From a virus (Duplodnaviria > Heunggongvirae > Uroviricota > Caudoviricetes), in IMG/VR virus record IMGVR_UViG_3300022594_000256, positions 3,368 to 67,367 of that record: DNA of 64,000 nucleotides. One strand, written 5' to 3'. Positions 48,080-58,626 of this stretch are shown piece by piece. Both the position numbers and the translations under genes were made by a program. The notes beneath the pieces were generated by a model, which was not told the DNA's origin, did no database searches, and worked only from the letters and a program-made list of their open reading frames with translations. Numbering within the stretch: the stretch's first letter is position 1; each line of letters opens with the position of its first letter.

Positions 48080-48914
48080 ATCTAATTAATGGACTAACGC
48101 CAACTGGACTACCTTCTTTCAACGCAAGATAAATTGATTGGGTAGGAGTTAAGTTGAAATCTTTACACACCTTATAATAAATGTCTCCATATGTATTCCA
48201 CAAGTAGTCAGGAGGAAGTGTTCGAACAAAGTGCAAACCGATCATTGCTAGTGCTCGATTATTCATACGGAAATCATTCATTATTGTAACACTATCTGGT
48301 TTAGATTGTCTAGTCCAACGTAAGCCAATTCTATTCCAACCTAAGCCTAGTCCTTTACTCAAACTAATACCTACAGACTTGATTGCGCTATGAGATACAT
48401 CAAAGTTAATTCCGCGGCAGCAAGTAAGCCAAGCGCCATCCACATGTACACTAATACCCTTGTCTCTCGCTTCATTTAGCAATTCCTCCATTTGGTGATG
48501 TGTGGCACCTGTGCTAGGAAATGGCATCGCTATAATCAATGGAATGCCTGGAACTAGCGAGCCCACATCCTTAACATACGCTAACCCTAATCGTTGGTGA
48601 TATCTATAATCATTATTAAGAACTTGTACTGGACCCTGCATGTATAAGTTGTCAATAAATTGGGTACACCCGTTTATAATGTCTACACGCTCAAAACTAT
48701 CAAACCCTGTTACTGTGTTTAACTTAGAATTAAAAATCCAATTTGTAGTTTCTTTTTTAAAGTTAGTGTAAACACTATCAGTAATATCCTTATCTAGACC
48801 GCCAAAGAGGACATCCTGTATTGTCTGTTCAATTTTTAAATCTGACAATGGACTGGGTCTTTCTACTTCTAAGTAGTCAGCTGAGTATGCTGGTGCAGTT
48901 CGTAAACGGTTCAT
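48063..48914 (-). CDS. hypothetical protein (start ambiguous: 48914 or 48956)
   Basis: 297-aa track ORF; internal ATG 48914 preferred because it leaves a divergent spacer. Confidence 0.45.
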   Translation of the reverse strand: MNRLRTAPAYSADYLEVERPSPLSDLKIEQTIQDVLFGGLDKDITDSVYTNFKKETTNWIFNSKLNTVTGFDSFERVDIINGCTQFIDNLYMQGPVQVLNNDYRYHQRLGLAYVKDVGSLVPGIPLIIAMPFPSTGATHHQMEELLNEARDKGISVHVDGAWLTCCRGINFDVSHSAIKSVGISLSKGLGLGWNRIGLRWTRQSKPDSVTIMNDFRMNNRALAMIGLHFVRTLPPDYLWNTYGDIYYKVCKDFNLTPTQSIYLALKEGSPVGVSPLIRYVAEQ

Positions 48915-48954
48915 GAAATATTTAACCTCATTAAGTGCGCATATAAATATTTTC
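48915..48954. promoter_or_regulatory. divergent intergenic spacer with 9-bp inverted repeat AAATATTTA(N19)TAAATATTT
   Basis: sequence aaatatttaacctcattaagtgcgcatataaatattt between the leftward and rightward operons. Confidence 0.3.
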
Positions 48955-49620
48955 ATGCTAACGCCAACTAACTATAAAATAGATCCAACGCTCTTTCAAG
49001 AAGCATTACAGCAGCTTCCCGAGGCTGGTATGAAAACAACCATTAATCAACCCAATGGTGATTTCTTCTACGATCCGTGGATTTTAAAAGAAGAGTACAA
49101 AGGTACTGTTTGGGAAACTTTATATAACAGTTTGCCTGTATTGAAGGGCGAAGCAAGAATTATAATTTTGGAACCTGGGCAATGTTACCAATGCCATGCT
49201 GATATAGATGATAGATATCATTTAACCATATTAGGTGAGAAGTCTTATTTGATAGATTTAGAAACTAACCAAATGCATTTTTTAAATCAAAATGGAATTT
49301 GGTATAACATGGATGCTGGTCAATTACATACAGCGGCTAACTTTGGCAAAGTTGCTAGAGTACAATTAGTAGTTAGGCAATTGCTTAAAAAAAATAATAT
49401 TGAAAATCCAATAAAGGTTACAGTGAAACCTGTATCAAAAGATTTATATCATGCTAGATATTTGTTTGACTATCACATTAGTCCTTGGCTTAATGCAGCA
49501 AATAAAAACGGATACATAAATGATTTTAAGCATGTAAACGGATCAGCAATATTTGAGATAGCGCAGGATAAACTAGACACTCTTAAATTTTTCCTGCCAG
49601 AGGGTTTTGTTGTAGAATGA
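48955..49620 (+). CDS. AspH-like cupin Fe(II)/2OG hydroxylase (paralogue family: 52927, 54498, 61257)
   Basis: CHADIDDRYH (HxD) ... QLHTAANFG (distal His, xNxG). Confidence 0.45.
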   Translation: MLTPTNYKIDPTLFQEALQQLPEAGMKTTINQPNGDFFYDPWILKEEYKGTVWETLYNSLPVLKGEARIIILEPGQCYQCHADIDDRYHLTILGEKSYLIDLETNQMHFLNQNGIWYNMDAGQLHTAANFGKVARVQLVVRQLLKKNNIENPIKVTVKPVSKDLYHARYLFDYHISPWLNAANKNGYINDFKHVNGSAIFEIAQDKLDTLKFFLPEGFVVE

Positions 49621-51164
49621 ACCACGCACTATTTTTTAGCCTAACAGGCAAACGATGGGAACGCATCTTATGGGTACACCGTGTTGCTACATTCCTACGA
49701 ATGAATGAGTGGGACGCAGAGGTTGTAGACTTTACAGCATTTTGGCAACTAGAAGAATTGCAAGAACTAGTGCGTAGCAGAACAACAGACAAGACTGTTA
49801 TGTTTTGTTTTGGCACGGCATTTTTGAATCCATGGAGTCCATACTTAAATGAATTTATTGATTGGCTAAAACAAGAGTATCCAACTATTCCTATTGTAGT
49901 TGGTGGCAACAACGCACTAACAACTCCGGCCAACAGTGTAGACTATTGGGTAGATAGTTACGGGGAAAATGCTGTGCTAGCATTGTGCCAACACCTTATC
50001 GGAACACTAGGCGCACCATTAATGACTGACTCTGCATTCTTTGGCAGCAAGAAGGTTATACGTGGACTACACCATTATCCTTCAGCGCCACTAGACAGCT
50101 ACCTAGTTGATTACGAAACACGTGACTTTATGATGCCATGGGAATGCCCGCAAATTGAAACCGCACGTGGTTGCATGTTTAGCTGTAGTTATTGTAACTT
50201 TCCTATCATTGGGCAAGCTAAAGACGTTAGTGTAAGCAAAGAACAATTCAAACTTCAAATGCAAACAGGCTACGAAAAGTGGGGGATTAAGAATTGGCGT
50301 GTTATGGACGAAACATTTAACGATCGTCCTGAAAAACTGCAAAAGTATGCAGACGCTGTTGATGAGCTAGGATACAATCCTTGGATATGTGGATTTGCTC
50401 GTGGTGACTTGGTTGTTAAACATAAGGAACATTGGGACACTTATATCAGATTAGGCTTCCTTGGACATAGCATGGGTATTGAAACATTTAATCATGCTGC
50501 TGGTAAACTTGTACGCAAGGGTATGGATCCTGACAAACTACAACAAGGGTTATTAGAGTTTCAGGAATATACTGACATACATGCTCCTAAGCGATATAGA
50601 GCAAACATTCAAATGATTTGCGGCATTCCGGGCGAAACTAAAGAATCGTGGCATCAATCATTAGACTGGCTCAATACAAAGTGGACTAGACAAAGCGCCA
50701 GCGCACACATATTAGAAGTACCGGACTACGACGAAACACTTACAAATCAAAGTCGTTTTACTAAGGAACTAGTAAACAACGGACTAATTAAATTAGAAGC
50801 TAGACAAAATCCAGGGTATAATGTAACTAAAGATAGCAGAGGAAATGTTATTTTTAAATCTACTACTCCGCGAGGAGGTGGCGTCGGTAGCACGAGAAAT
50901 GATATTGTTATTTGGCAACACAACACAATGGATTGGTATCAAGCAGAATCTCTAGTACAAGAATTTTACTCACCTAACGGGTTTACTGGACTACGGGGGT
51001 GTAACCCATTCTTATCTGATAGAGTATTTGCTTATTATGAAACAAATTCATATGAAGATATCTATGATTGTAGACTAACAGATATAGATACGTCTGATCA
51101 AAAGTTTAAAGAACAAGTACAAGCGTATATTAATAAAAAATTAAATTGGAATAGCAATGTTTAA
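49617..51164 (+). CDS. B12-binding radical SAM protein
   Basis: N-terminal cobalamin-binding-like region (PIVVGGNNALTTPANSVDYWVDSYGENAVLALCQHL) then CMFSCSYC. Confidence 0.7.
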   Translation: MNHALFFSLTGKRWERILWVHRVATFLRMNEWDAEVVDFTAFWQLEELQELVRSRTTDKTVMFCFGTAFLNPWSPYLNEFIDWLKQEYPTIPIVVGGNNALTTPANSVDYWVDSYGENAVLALCQHLIGTLGAPLMTDSAFFGSKKVIRGLHHYPSAPLDSYLVDYETRDFMMPWECPQIETARGCMFSCSYCNFPIIGQAKDVSVSKEQFKLQMQTGYEKWGIKNWRVMDETFNDRPEKLQKYADAVDELGYNPWICGFARGDLVVKHKEHWDTYIRLGFLGHSMGIETFNHAAGKLVRKGMDPDKLQQGLLEFQEYTDIHAPKRYRANIQMICGIPGETKESWHQSLDWLNTKWTRQSASAHILEVPDYDETLTNQSRFTKELVNNGLIKLEARQNPGYNVTKDSRGNVIFKSTTPRGGGVGSTRNDIVIWQHNTMDWYQAESLVQEFYSPNGFTGLRGCNPFLSDRVFAYYETNSYEDIYDCRLTDIDTSDQKFKEQVQAYINKKLNWNSNV

Positions 51165-52245
51165 ATTCAGCGACCTTAAAGAACTACAGTTAGAAATAAC
51201 TAACAACTGTCAGGCTCGTTGCCCAATGTGCCCAAGAAACATTAACGGTGGATTGGAAAATCCTCTTATTAAAACTACAGAGTGGACACTTGAAGATTTT
51301 AAAATTATAATGAATCCTAAGGTACTGAACCAAATTGAATGTTTTCACTTGTGTGGAAACTTTGGTGATCCTATGATGAATGACGATGTCATTGATATGT
51401 GTCAGTACACTACAGATACAAATCCTAATGTATGTTTACAATTTCATACAAACGGTGGAGCAAGAAAACCAGAGTGGTGGGAAAGATTAGCAAGAGCATT
51501 ACCAAAAAATCATAGAGTTATTTTTGCTATTGACGGATTAGAAGACACTCTTAGTTTATATCGAATAGATACAAAATATGAAACAGTTATAAAAAATGCA
51601 CAAGCGTTTATTAACGCCGGCGGAATAGCTGAGTGGGCTTTTATTAAATTTAAGCATAATGAACATCAAATAGAAGAAGTAAGACAGAGAGCAAAAAATT
51701 TAGGGTTTGCACACGTATCAATTAAAAATAGTTTTAGGTTTTTAACAGACACAAAATTTCCTGTCTTAAAGAAAAATGGATCTCTTGATTATTATTTAGA
51801 AACACCTTCTCAAACAACAATTAAATTAATTGATAAAGAAACAATTAAGAATTGGGATAACACTATGAAGTCTGCAGAAATAGAATGCAGAGCACAAAGT
51901 AGCAGCGCAATTTATATAGATGCTTACAAAGATTTTTATGCTTGCTGTTATTTGGGTACAGTTCCGTTTATGTTTGTTTCCGATGATATAACAAAAGGTA
52001 TACGAGGGAAAATGGTTGAACAGCATCATACCATGGTATCTAAGTTAGGTGAAATTAATACTCTTAAAAGATCAATTGAAGACATTTTAAATTCTAATGA
52101 ATATCAAGAAGTATGGAAAGACATGTGGCATGATAATAAATCTCATATGTGCGTCACCATTTGTGGTAAACATAAGAATTTAGAACAGACTCAATTTTGG
52201 GATCAATGGGAAGAATATACCGAGTTAGACAAGGATAAACAATGA
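51157..52245 (+). CDS. radical SAM protein (family B)
   Basis: LEITNNCQARCPMCPRNINGG; C-terminal Cys pairs. Confidence 0.7.
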   Translation: MFKFSDLKELQLEITNNCQARCPMCPRNINGGLENPLIKTTEWTLEDFKIIMNPKVLNQIECFHLCGNFGDPMMNDDVIDMCQYTTDTNPNVCLQFHTNGGARKPEWWERLARALPKNHRVIFAIDGLEDTLSLYRIDTKYETVIKNAQAFINAGGIAEWAFIKFKHNEHQIEEVRQRAKNLGFAHVSIKNSFRFLTDTKFPVLKKNGSLDYYLETPSQTTIKLIDKETIKNWDNTMKSAEIECRAQSSSAIYIDAYKDFYACCYLGTVPFMFVSDDITKGIRGKMVEQHHTMVSKLGEINTLKRSIEDILNSNEYQEVWKDMWHDNKSHMCVTICGKHKNLEQTQFWDQWEEYTELDKDKQ

Positions 52246-52934
52246 CTGACACACGTAGTTGGAATTACTATTACAAGTTAAACACTAACGGAGTCCCACA
52301 TAGTTCAAACCTGCTGTATACACCCACTGTTAATCCAGAACAGACAGTAATGTGTATGCACTACTGTACAGATCCGGTATATCGCTCTGACGAAGATACA
52401 CAAGTAAATGAAGAATTAGTACAATGGTTTTTTGAAAGAGAAGTTAAGTTCTTAAACAATCTAGCTCATCTTAAAACTACACCTACTGTATATGACGTGG
52501 ATCTTAAAAGTAGAAAAGTTTTTATAGAATGGAACAAGGAAACATTATCACAGATATTGTTCACCCCCGGTAGAAATCTAAATGAGGAACTACCTAACTG
52601 GCAAGAGCAAATTAGAAATTTTTTAATTGCAACTAAAGAAAATAAATTTTGGAAGATGGCACTGTATCCTCACTGTTTTTATATTTCAAAAGACGACGTG
52701 TTAAAGACTATAGATCATTATTCTGTAGTTCCATACGAAGAGCAATTTATTGAAAGAAGAATTATTGAAGGTGTTATAGGTAAGCACGGTGCATATCGTT
52801 TTGATGCATCAACTGATGATAAAGGTTTTATTGACTTTAAGAAGTTCTTTGAAATTACAGTAACAAAACATTTATCTATGACTTGGCCCAATGATATATT
52901 TGCTGATGTGTTTAAAGAGATTTATAATGATTAA
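52242..52934 (+). CDS. hypothetical protein (paralogue of 57940..58626)
   Basis: DLKSRKVFIEWN vs DLDSRKLYLEIDG and overall collinearity. Confidence 0.5.
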   Translation: MTDTRSWNYYYKLNTNGVPHSSNLLYTPTVNPEQTVMCMHYCTDPVYRSDEDTQVNEELVQWFFEREVKFLNNLAHLKTTPTVYDVDLKSRKVFIEWNKETLSQILFTPGRNLNEELPNWQEQIRNFLIATKENKFWKMALYPHCFYISKDDVLKTIDHYSVVPYEEQFIERRIIEGVIGKHGAYRFDASTDDKGFIDFKKFFEITVTKHLSMTWPNDIFADVFKEIYND

Positions 52935-53418
52935 TTGGAATACAGTAATTGATAACTTAACTGACGGTAAGGTTGTTACTGTTGATCCAGCACGTTGGAA
53001 TATGAATAATCCAGAATATGCAGCAATGCTAAACTTATGGAAGCGTAGCAACTTTAATACAGACAGTGTTAAGTGGACAAACTATTATAACACTAAAGAT
53101 ATCGAAACTGAAGTAGCTAAGGAAGTAAGTATTACACCATTGCGTAGTTGGATTAGTTGTGTCGAACCTGGATACATGACTGGATATCATTACGATATTG
53201 ACGACAACGAAAAAGAATATCTTAAATATGGATTATTAAAAAGATATTCGGTGTTTATTAGCGAGCCCAGTGTTGGGCACTTGTTTATTTTAGGTAAAGA
53301 ATACTTTTACAACAGTCCTCAAGGAACAATAGTTAAATGGGGCAATTACAGAGATTGGCATAACGGCATTAATGGCGGACTTGCAAACAAATACATGTTT
53401 CACATAATAGGATATTAA
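52927..53418 (+). CDS. AspH-like cupin hydroxylase paralogue
   Basis: GYHYDIDDNEKEY ... DWHNGINGG; start set to ATG 52927. Confidence 0.4.
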   Translation: MINWNTVIDNLTDGKVVTVDPARWNMNNPEYAAMLNLWKRSNFNTDSVKWTNYYNTKDIETEVAKEVSITPLRSWISCVEPGYMTGYHYDIDDNEKEYLKYGLLKRYSVFISEPSVGHLFILGKEYFYNSPQGTIVKWGNYRDWHNGINGGLANKYMFHIIGY

Positions 53419-53419
53419 A

Positions 53420-54514
53420 ATGTTTTCTTTTGAACAGCTAAACACAATACACGTAGAAATAACCAACAGGTGCCAAGCTAGTTGTCCTATGTGTCCAAGA
53501 AATATCCACGGCGGTATTGACAATCCATCTTTAATTTTAACTGATTGGACTCTTGAACGATTTAAAGATACGTTCACTGAAGAGGTATTGTATCAAGCAA
53601 AGTGCATTAATTTTTGCGGGGACTTTGGTGACCCAATGATTAATTCTGATTTAATAGATATGTGCCGGTATGTTAAGCAAACAAATCCTAGTGTGTTAAT
53701 ACTAATAAGCACTAATGGATCAGCACGTACAACCAAGTGGTGGAAAGAACTTGCAGAAGCTCTACCAGAAAATCATAAAATAATGTTTGCCTTAGATGGA
53801 TTAGAAGATACACATGCGTTACATAGAATCGGAACTGATTTTAATACAGTAATTAAAAATGCAAGCGCCTTCATTAGTGCAGGCGGAAAAGCAGAATGGG
53901 TATTCATTAGATTTAAACATAACGAAACACAAGTCGAAACTGCTAGACAAATGTCAAAGAATCTAGGTTTCCAGAGTTTTAAATTAAAAGACAGCAAACG
54001 CTTATTCTGGGACAAGTATCCAGTACTTGATAGACAAGGAACGGTATCCTACCATATCGAAGCTCCTAGTCAAAGCAATGTTAAAACAATTAGTTTTATT
54101 GATTTAAAAGATTTTAAAAAATGGAAAACTGATGTTAACTGCTGGTCCTTTGATGATAAGGAACTTTACATAGATGCTAACGGGTATCTAATGCCTTGCT
54201 GTATAATTGGATCATTTCTTTACACTAATTACGATGTTGAAGTGTATCGTAAGTATGGAGTCCTAAACTCTAACGGTGTTATTGAAACTGGTAGGGAAAT
54301 TCAATCAGAAGTGTTTTCTATTATTAGAGAACTTGGCGGACTAGATGCTTTAGATTCTAAGCAGCACTCGATTAAAGATATAATGAACGCAGAATCATGG
54401 CAAACATTGTTACACAAGAAATGGGATGAATACAGTTCTTCTGCATGTAAGTTAATTTGCGGAGACGTTTCACCGTTCATGAAAGTCCCTGAGCAAGTCA
54501 ATCGTACATCGTAA
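53420..54514 (+). CDS. radical SAM protein (family B)
   Basis: VEITNRCQASCPMCPRNIHGG. Confidence 0.7.
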   Translation: MFSFEQLNTIHVEITNRCQASCPMCPRNIHGGIDNPSLILTDWTLERFKDTFTEEVLYQAKCINFCGDFGDPMINSDLIDMCRYVKQTNPSVLILISTNGSARTTKWWKELAEALPENHKIMFALDGLEDTHALHRIGTDFNTVIKNASAFISAGGKAEWVFIRFKHNETQVETARQMSKNLGFQSFKLKDSKRLFWDKYPVLDRQGTVSYHIEAPSQSNVKTISFIDLKDFKKWKTDVNCWSFDDKELYIDANGYLMPCCIIGSFLYTNYDVEVYRKYGVLNSNGVIETGREIQSEVFSIIRELGGLDALDSKQHSIKDIMNAESWQTLLHKKWDEYSSSACKLICGDVSPFMKVPEQVNRTS

Positions 54515-55022
54515 TTTGTAAGGTGTACCTTGTGTTGTATCCTATGTTAGCAGGCCCATGCACTATCATAGGATCACTCCATTCAAATAAATCCCCTGCT
54601 TTATAGTTTGCAGCAACTTTATCATCGTAGACAAATACGTGTCCTGGTTCCCAATCTTGTAAGAACATTGTATAGCGCACAGGATTACTAACTTCCGTCA
54701 ACTGTGGATCAATATGCATTGCTTGGAACTCTCCAGGATACAACATAACAAACCACCAATTAACATTAGTTCGTTTTTCAGGAACATCTGGAAGTTGCCA
54801 TTTAAAGTCTTGCATCTCAGCAGACTTGGGATTCATTTGATGAAAGAAGTGTTTGTTATTAGAGTAGCCTGGGCGGGCCATCTCGGTGAACTTTTCTAGT
54901 ATAGCATTACCTTTCCAACGATCTGGTTGCCATACAGGAGTTTTATCACCTTGACAATTAGTAAGGTGCTCCATTATTTTGTATTCTTCAATCCAACTTT
55001 TATAGTTGCCTATGTACTTCAT
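54498..55022 (-). CDS. AspH-like cupin hydroxylase paralogue
   Basis: AMHIDPQL ... IVHGPANIG. Confidence 0.45.
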   Translation of the reverse strand: MKYIGNYKSWIEEYKIMEHLTNCQGDKTPVWQPDRWKGNAILEKFTEMARPGYSNNKHFFHQMNPKSAEMQDFKWQLPDVPEKRTNVNWWFVMLYPGEFQAMHIDPQLTEVSNPVRYTMFLQDWEPGHVFVYDDKVAANYKAGDLFEWSDPMIVHGPANIGYNTRYTLQITMYD

Positions 55023-55825
55023 TAATAGCTGTCCAAATGATCTATTCCTAGTTTCTTACGGAACGCTTCTGTAAACTTGCCATCAATTCGTAAACCGTAG
55101 CTTTGTTCCATGATCCTTTCACCACCATGCCAGTCGACATCATTCCACCACGCAGCACGAGTATTCAAATATGTCTTGTCTTTAGTTTCTGGATCCCACA
55201 AGTAGAAAGCCTTCTTTGTGTTAGGGCGAATGTGTATAAATTCGTTGCGGTGTGGCTTAACTACATTAACACCGTTCTTAGCATCTAAGTCTCGGTGCTC
55301 AAATGGAATACCATCAGCTTCGCAGTGGAAGAATATAACACGCCCTATGTCTTCAAACACAGTACCTACTAGACTTTCAACCCACTTAACTACGTTAGGA
55401 AAGTATGCTGCTTCGTCTGTAAGTTTGCGCGGTGCAGTTCTGTCATCCCACGAACCTTCTTCCCACAAGTAATAATAAATGTATGGATCGTAAGCACCCA
55501 TTGCCATTTTAAGATAGCGAGTAAACTTGTTACGCTCTTGAAAGTTTTTAAAGTCTTTGGGCATTAACTGTAGCCCTGCTTGCTTAATAGGACTATCGTC
55601 AGGCAATTGCTGTAACTCTTGCATTGCTTCGTATATAGGTTTCCAATTAGGACGATAGCTCATATCATCAAATGTAAATCCCGGAGCCATCCATGTGCCT
55701 TCTTTGGCAAACTCTCGTGCTAGAGCGAACCCTGTAAGTATCTCGGGCTGTAGTTGATCAAACTGATCCATATCTAAGTATGGAGTCATATCGTAGTAGG
55801 GTTTATTATTAATCCCGTGCATCAT
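55022..55825 (-). CDS. hypothetical protein
   Basis: start trimmed to ATG 55825 (AAGGA SD) from longer track ORF overlapping upstream radical-SAM gene by 104 nt. Confidence 0.45.
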   Translation of the reverse strand: MMHGINNKPYYDMTPYLDMDQFDQLQPEILTGFALAREFAKEGTWMAPGFTFDDMSYRPNWKPIYEAMQELQQLPDDSPIKQAGLQLMPKDFKNFQERNKFTRYLKMAMGAYDPYIYYYLWEEGSWDDRTAPRKLTDEAAYFPNVVKWVESLVGTVFEDIGRVIFFHCEADGIPFEHRDLDAKNGVNVVKPHRNEFIHIRPNTKKAFYLWDPETKDKTYLNTRAAWWNDVDWHGGERIMEQSYGLRIDGKFTEAFRKKLGIDHLDSY

Positions 55826-56873
55826 ATTTCCTTTGGTACTTTTCAGGTATAGTATCGTACAATGGTAAGTTTTTATTAACAGCACCATCACGCAGTATAA
55901 CTTGATGTACAAGCGGACTTACTGGTTTACCCGGCAACATGTCTGCCCATGATTCAGTTTGGTCCTCTTCGAGATCAATTGTACGCACATCGGGCCACTG
56001 GATTATCTTAACTAGAATTCCGTTAATACGCATTGGATAGTGAGCTCTAATTGCATAGCCAGGAGCATACTCGTATGTCCAACCCTTCTTATCACATACA
56101 GCTTTTACTAAGTCTACTAGCTCTGAAAGGTATATCTTTTCTTCTCCAGGATGGCGTCCGATATCTGTTCCTACTCTTACTCTATAATTGTGCGGACTAA
56201 GTGTTCGTCCAAACTCTTGTATCTCTTCTAAACAGTATTCTAATTGGGCAATGGTTTCAAGAGTATAACTGACATTCTTTATTTTCATGTCTAACTTCAT
56301 ACAGTTGTCGATACCTTCCATTTGTTTCTTTCTAACTGTATGTCCTTGGTAGTCAGGATGGTTTAATCCTATAGTCCAAAACAAGTTAGGAATGTCTTTA
56401 AACTGTTGAGCATACTCATAATCAGATAGGTACACACCATTTGTCAAAATCATTATACTACGTGGCTTGCCTGGTAGTGCTTGTATAGCACGGCATAGCT
56501 CTGGTAAGTCTTTTCTAGTAGTTGGCTCAGCACCCATTAGGGCAACAGCGTAGCCATCGTCTTCCCATGCTCGTATAATATCTAGTATGTTTTCTATACT
56601 AGGGTCTTTGCTCATGTTATCTGGTATTTGATAGCAGTGAGGGCAATTTAAATTACATCTGTTAGTGATATCTAAACAGTATGTTTTGTTTGTTGGACGA
56701 TCGTACGTGTAGTTAAGATAAAAATTAGCATTAGGTTCTACTAAGTGTTCACTCTCGCCATGCCATTTACATTTCTTTGACAACCATATTTTTCCATCTC
56801 TTTCAAACAACGTAGCAGGAATATGTCTATAGCAGTGTTCGCATATAGATGTTGTATCGTGTATTTTATTCAT
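55809..56873 (-). CDS. radical SAM protein (family D: CNLxCPHC)
   Basis: LDITNRCNLNCPHCYQIPDN. Confidence 0.7.
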   Translation of the reverse strand: MNKIHDTTSICEHCYRHIPATLFERDGKIWLSKKCKWHGESEHLVEPNANFYLNYTYDRPTNKTYCLDITNRCNLNCPHCYQIPDNMSKDPSIENILDIIRAWEDDGYAVALMGAEPTTRKDLPELCRAIQALPGKPRSIMILTNGVYLSDYEYAQQFKDIPNLFWTIGLNHPDYQGHTVRKKQMEGIDNCMKLDMKIKNVSYTLETIAQLEYCLEEIQEFGRTLSPHNYRVRVGTDIGRHPGEEKIYLSELVDLVKAVCDKKGWTYEYAPGYAIRAHYPMRINGILVKIIQWPDVRTIDLEEDQTESWADMLPGKPVSPLVHQVILRDGAVNKNLPLYDTIPEKYQRKYDARD

Positions 56874-57900
56874 GTCTATATTTTTCAGGTACTGTATCGT
56901 ACAACATCTGTCCTTTGTTAACTGCTTGATCTCTTAGTATAACTTGATGCAGTAATGGGCTCATTGGCTTACCTGGAACAATGCTAGCCCAGGATTCACT
57001 TTGTACTTCTTCTAAGTCGATAGTACGCACATCACACCACTTGATAAACTTGTGTTCAATACCGTTTATACGAACAGCATAGTGTGTGCGATTACCGCCT
57101 GTGTAATCAGGTTCCCATGTCCACCCGTTGTCTAAACAAAACTTTTCAGCAACTGCAACTAATTCCGATAGGTACAGTTCTTTAAATTCGCCCTCAGGTA
57201 CTCGTCCAATTTCAACACCTAACTGTATCCTAGCATTGATACCAAACTTTTGTACTTCGTGCATTACATCAGTTAACTGTTCTAAATTGGCTAGTGTATA
57301 AGTTAATGTTTTTACATCTAGTCCTAATTTAATACAGTTTTCTAATCCTTCCATTTGCTTAGTACGAATCTGTCCGCCATTGTAATCAGGATGGTTAAGT
57401 CCAAAGGTCCATTTAAGATTTGGTATACCTTGGAATCGTTTTACATAATCCCATTTAGCCAAATACACGCCATTAGTAACAATTATAACATTTCTAGTCT
57501 TAATGGGCAACGCATGTATTGCCAAAACTAAATCGGGCAAGTCTTTACGCACAGTAGGTTCAGCACCAACAAGGCTAACTGGTAATCCGTTATCGGGCCA
57601 ACTCATAACTTCTGACAATAGGTAATCAATACTAGGATCTTTACTATTGTTATCAGGCATTTGGTAACAATGCGGGCAATCTAAGTTACAACGATTAGTG
57701 ATGTCTAACCAATATGAACTTGGCTTACGTCTTTGATATTGTTGACTTTTATAAAAGTCTGTGTTAATATCTAGTATTGCTTCTTGATATCCGTGCTTAG
57801 GGCAAGTTTTGCCTAGCATCATTTTACCATCCTTTTCGAATCGTTCTGCTGGAATATGACGATAGCATGTTTCGCATAAGGATGTTGTTTGGGTTAGCAT
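56866..57900 (-). CDS. radical SAM protein (family D), tandem paralogue
   Basis: LDITNRCNLDCPHCYQMPDN; strong collinear similarity to 55809..56873. Confidence 0.7.
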   Translation of the reverse strand: MLTQTTSLCETCYRHIPAERFEKDGKMMLGKTCPKHGYQEAILDINTDFYKSQQYQRRKPSSYWLDITNRCNLDCPHCYQMPDNNSKDPSIDYLLSEVMSWPDNGLPVSLVGAEPTVRKDLPDLVLAIHALPIKTRNVIIVTNGVYLAKWDYVKRFQGIPNLKWTFGLNHPDYNGGQIRTKQMEGLENCIKLGLDVKTLTYTLANLEQLTDVMHEVQKFGINARIQLGVEIGRVPEGEFKELYLSELVAVAEKFCLDNGWTWEPDYTGGNRTHYAVRINGIEHKFIKWCDVRTIDLEEVQSESWASIVPGKPMSPLLHQVILRDQAVNKGQMLYDTVPEKYRHE

Positions 57901-57939
57901 ATTATTTTCTTAGTCGCAAATTTATAGATAATTAATTGT

Positions 57940-58626
57940 ATGAAATACGAATATTACTACAATGACGTTCCAGGCCAAGGGCTTTGTCGGAACAATCTTA
58001 TTTACACTAGTTTAATCAGCACCGATAAAAAAGTTTTTGTTCAATGGTACCATAATGATACAGAATATCATAAAGGAAAGAACCAAGTTGTAGACCCAGC
58101 CAAAATGGAAGAAAAATGGCTACGTGAAGTAAACTACTTGACACAAATGCGAAACAAATATCCAGAGCTTGTTCCAACAATTAAAAACATAGATTTGGAT
58201 AGCAGAAAATTATATTTAGAAATAGATGGTCCTGACTTTTGGGAACAGGCTGGTTGTAACATGGCAAACTATGATCAAGTAGTTCCCGACTGGCAAGAGC
58301 AGATGCTTAATATTATACAAGCTCACAAAAGTTTAGGATTGCACAAATACAGTATGCACCCTAGCAGTTATTTTGTAGTAGATGGTAAATTAAAAAGTAT
58401 CAATTACTTTTTCACTTATCGTGATATCGAACCTATGATTAGCATTAAGGATGTTGAAAGTCATATCTATATAACAAGACAGGATGAAATGCGTAAGCAT
58501 CTAGACAGTTTAGGAATTAAATGGGACGAACCACAACCGTGGGACGTAATGGATCAATTATGCTGGGCAAGTTTTAGTACAAACTACCCATCGGAATTTA
58601 TAGAGCGTGTTAAATGTTTGAAATAA
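57940..58626 (+). CDS. hypothetical protein (paralogue of 52242..52934)
   Basis: 228-aa ORF, ATG start; 39-nt AT-rich divergent spacer upstream. Confidence 0.5.
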   Translation: MKYEYYYNDVPGQGLCRNNLIYTSLISTDKKVFVQWYHNDTEYHKGKNQVVDPAKMEEKWLREVNYLTQMRNKYPELVPTIKNIDLDSRKLYLEIDGPDFWEQAGCNMANYDQVVPDWQEQMLNIIQAHKSLGLHKYSMHPSSYFVVDGKLKSINYFFTYRDIEPMISIKDVESHIYITRQDEMRKHLDSLGIKWDEPQPWDVMDQLCWASFSTNYPSEFIERVKCLK

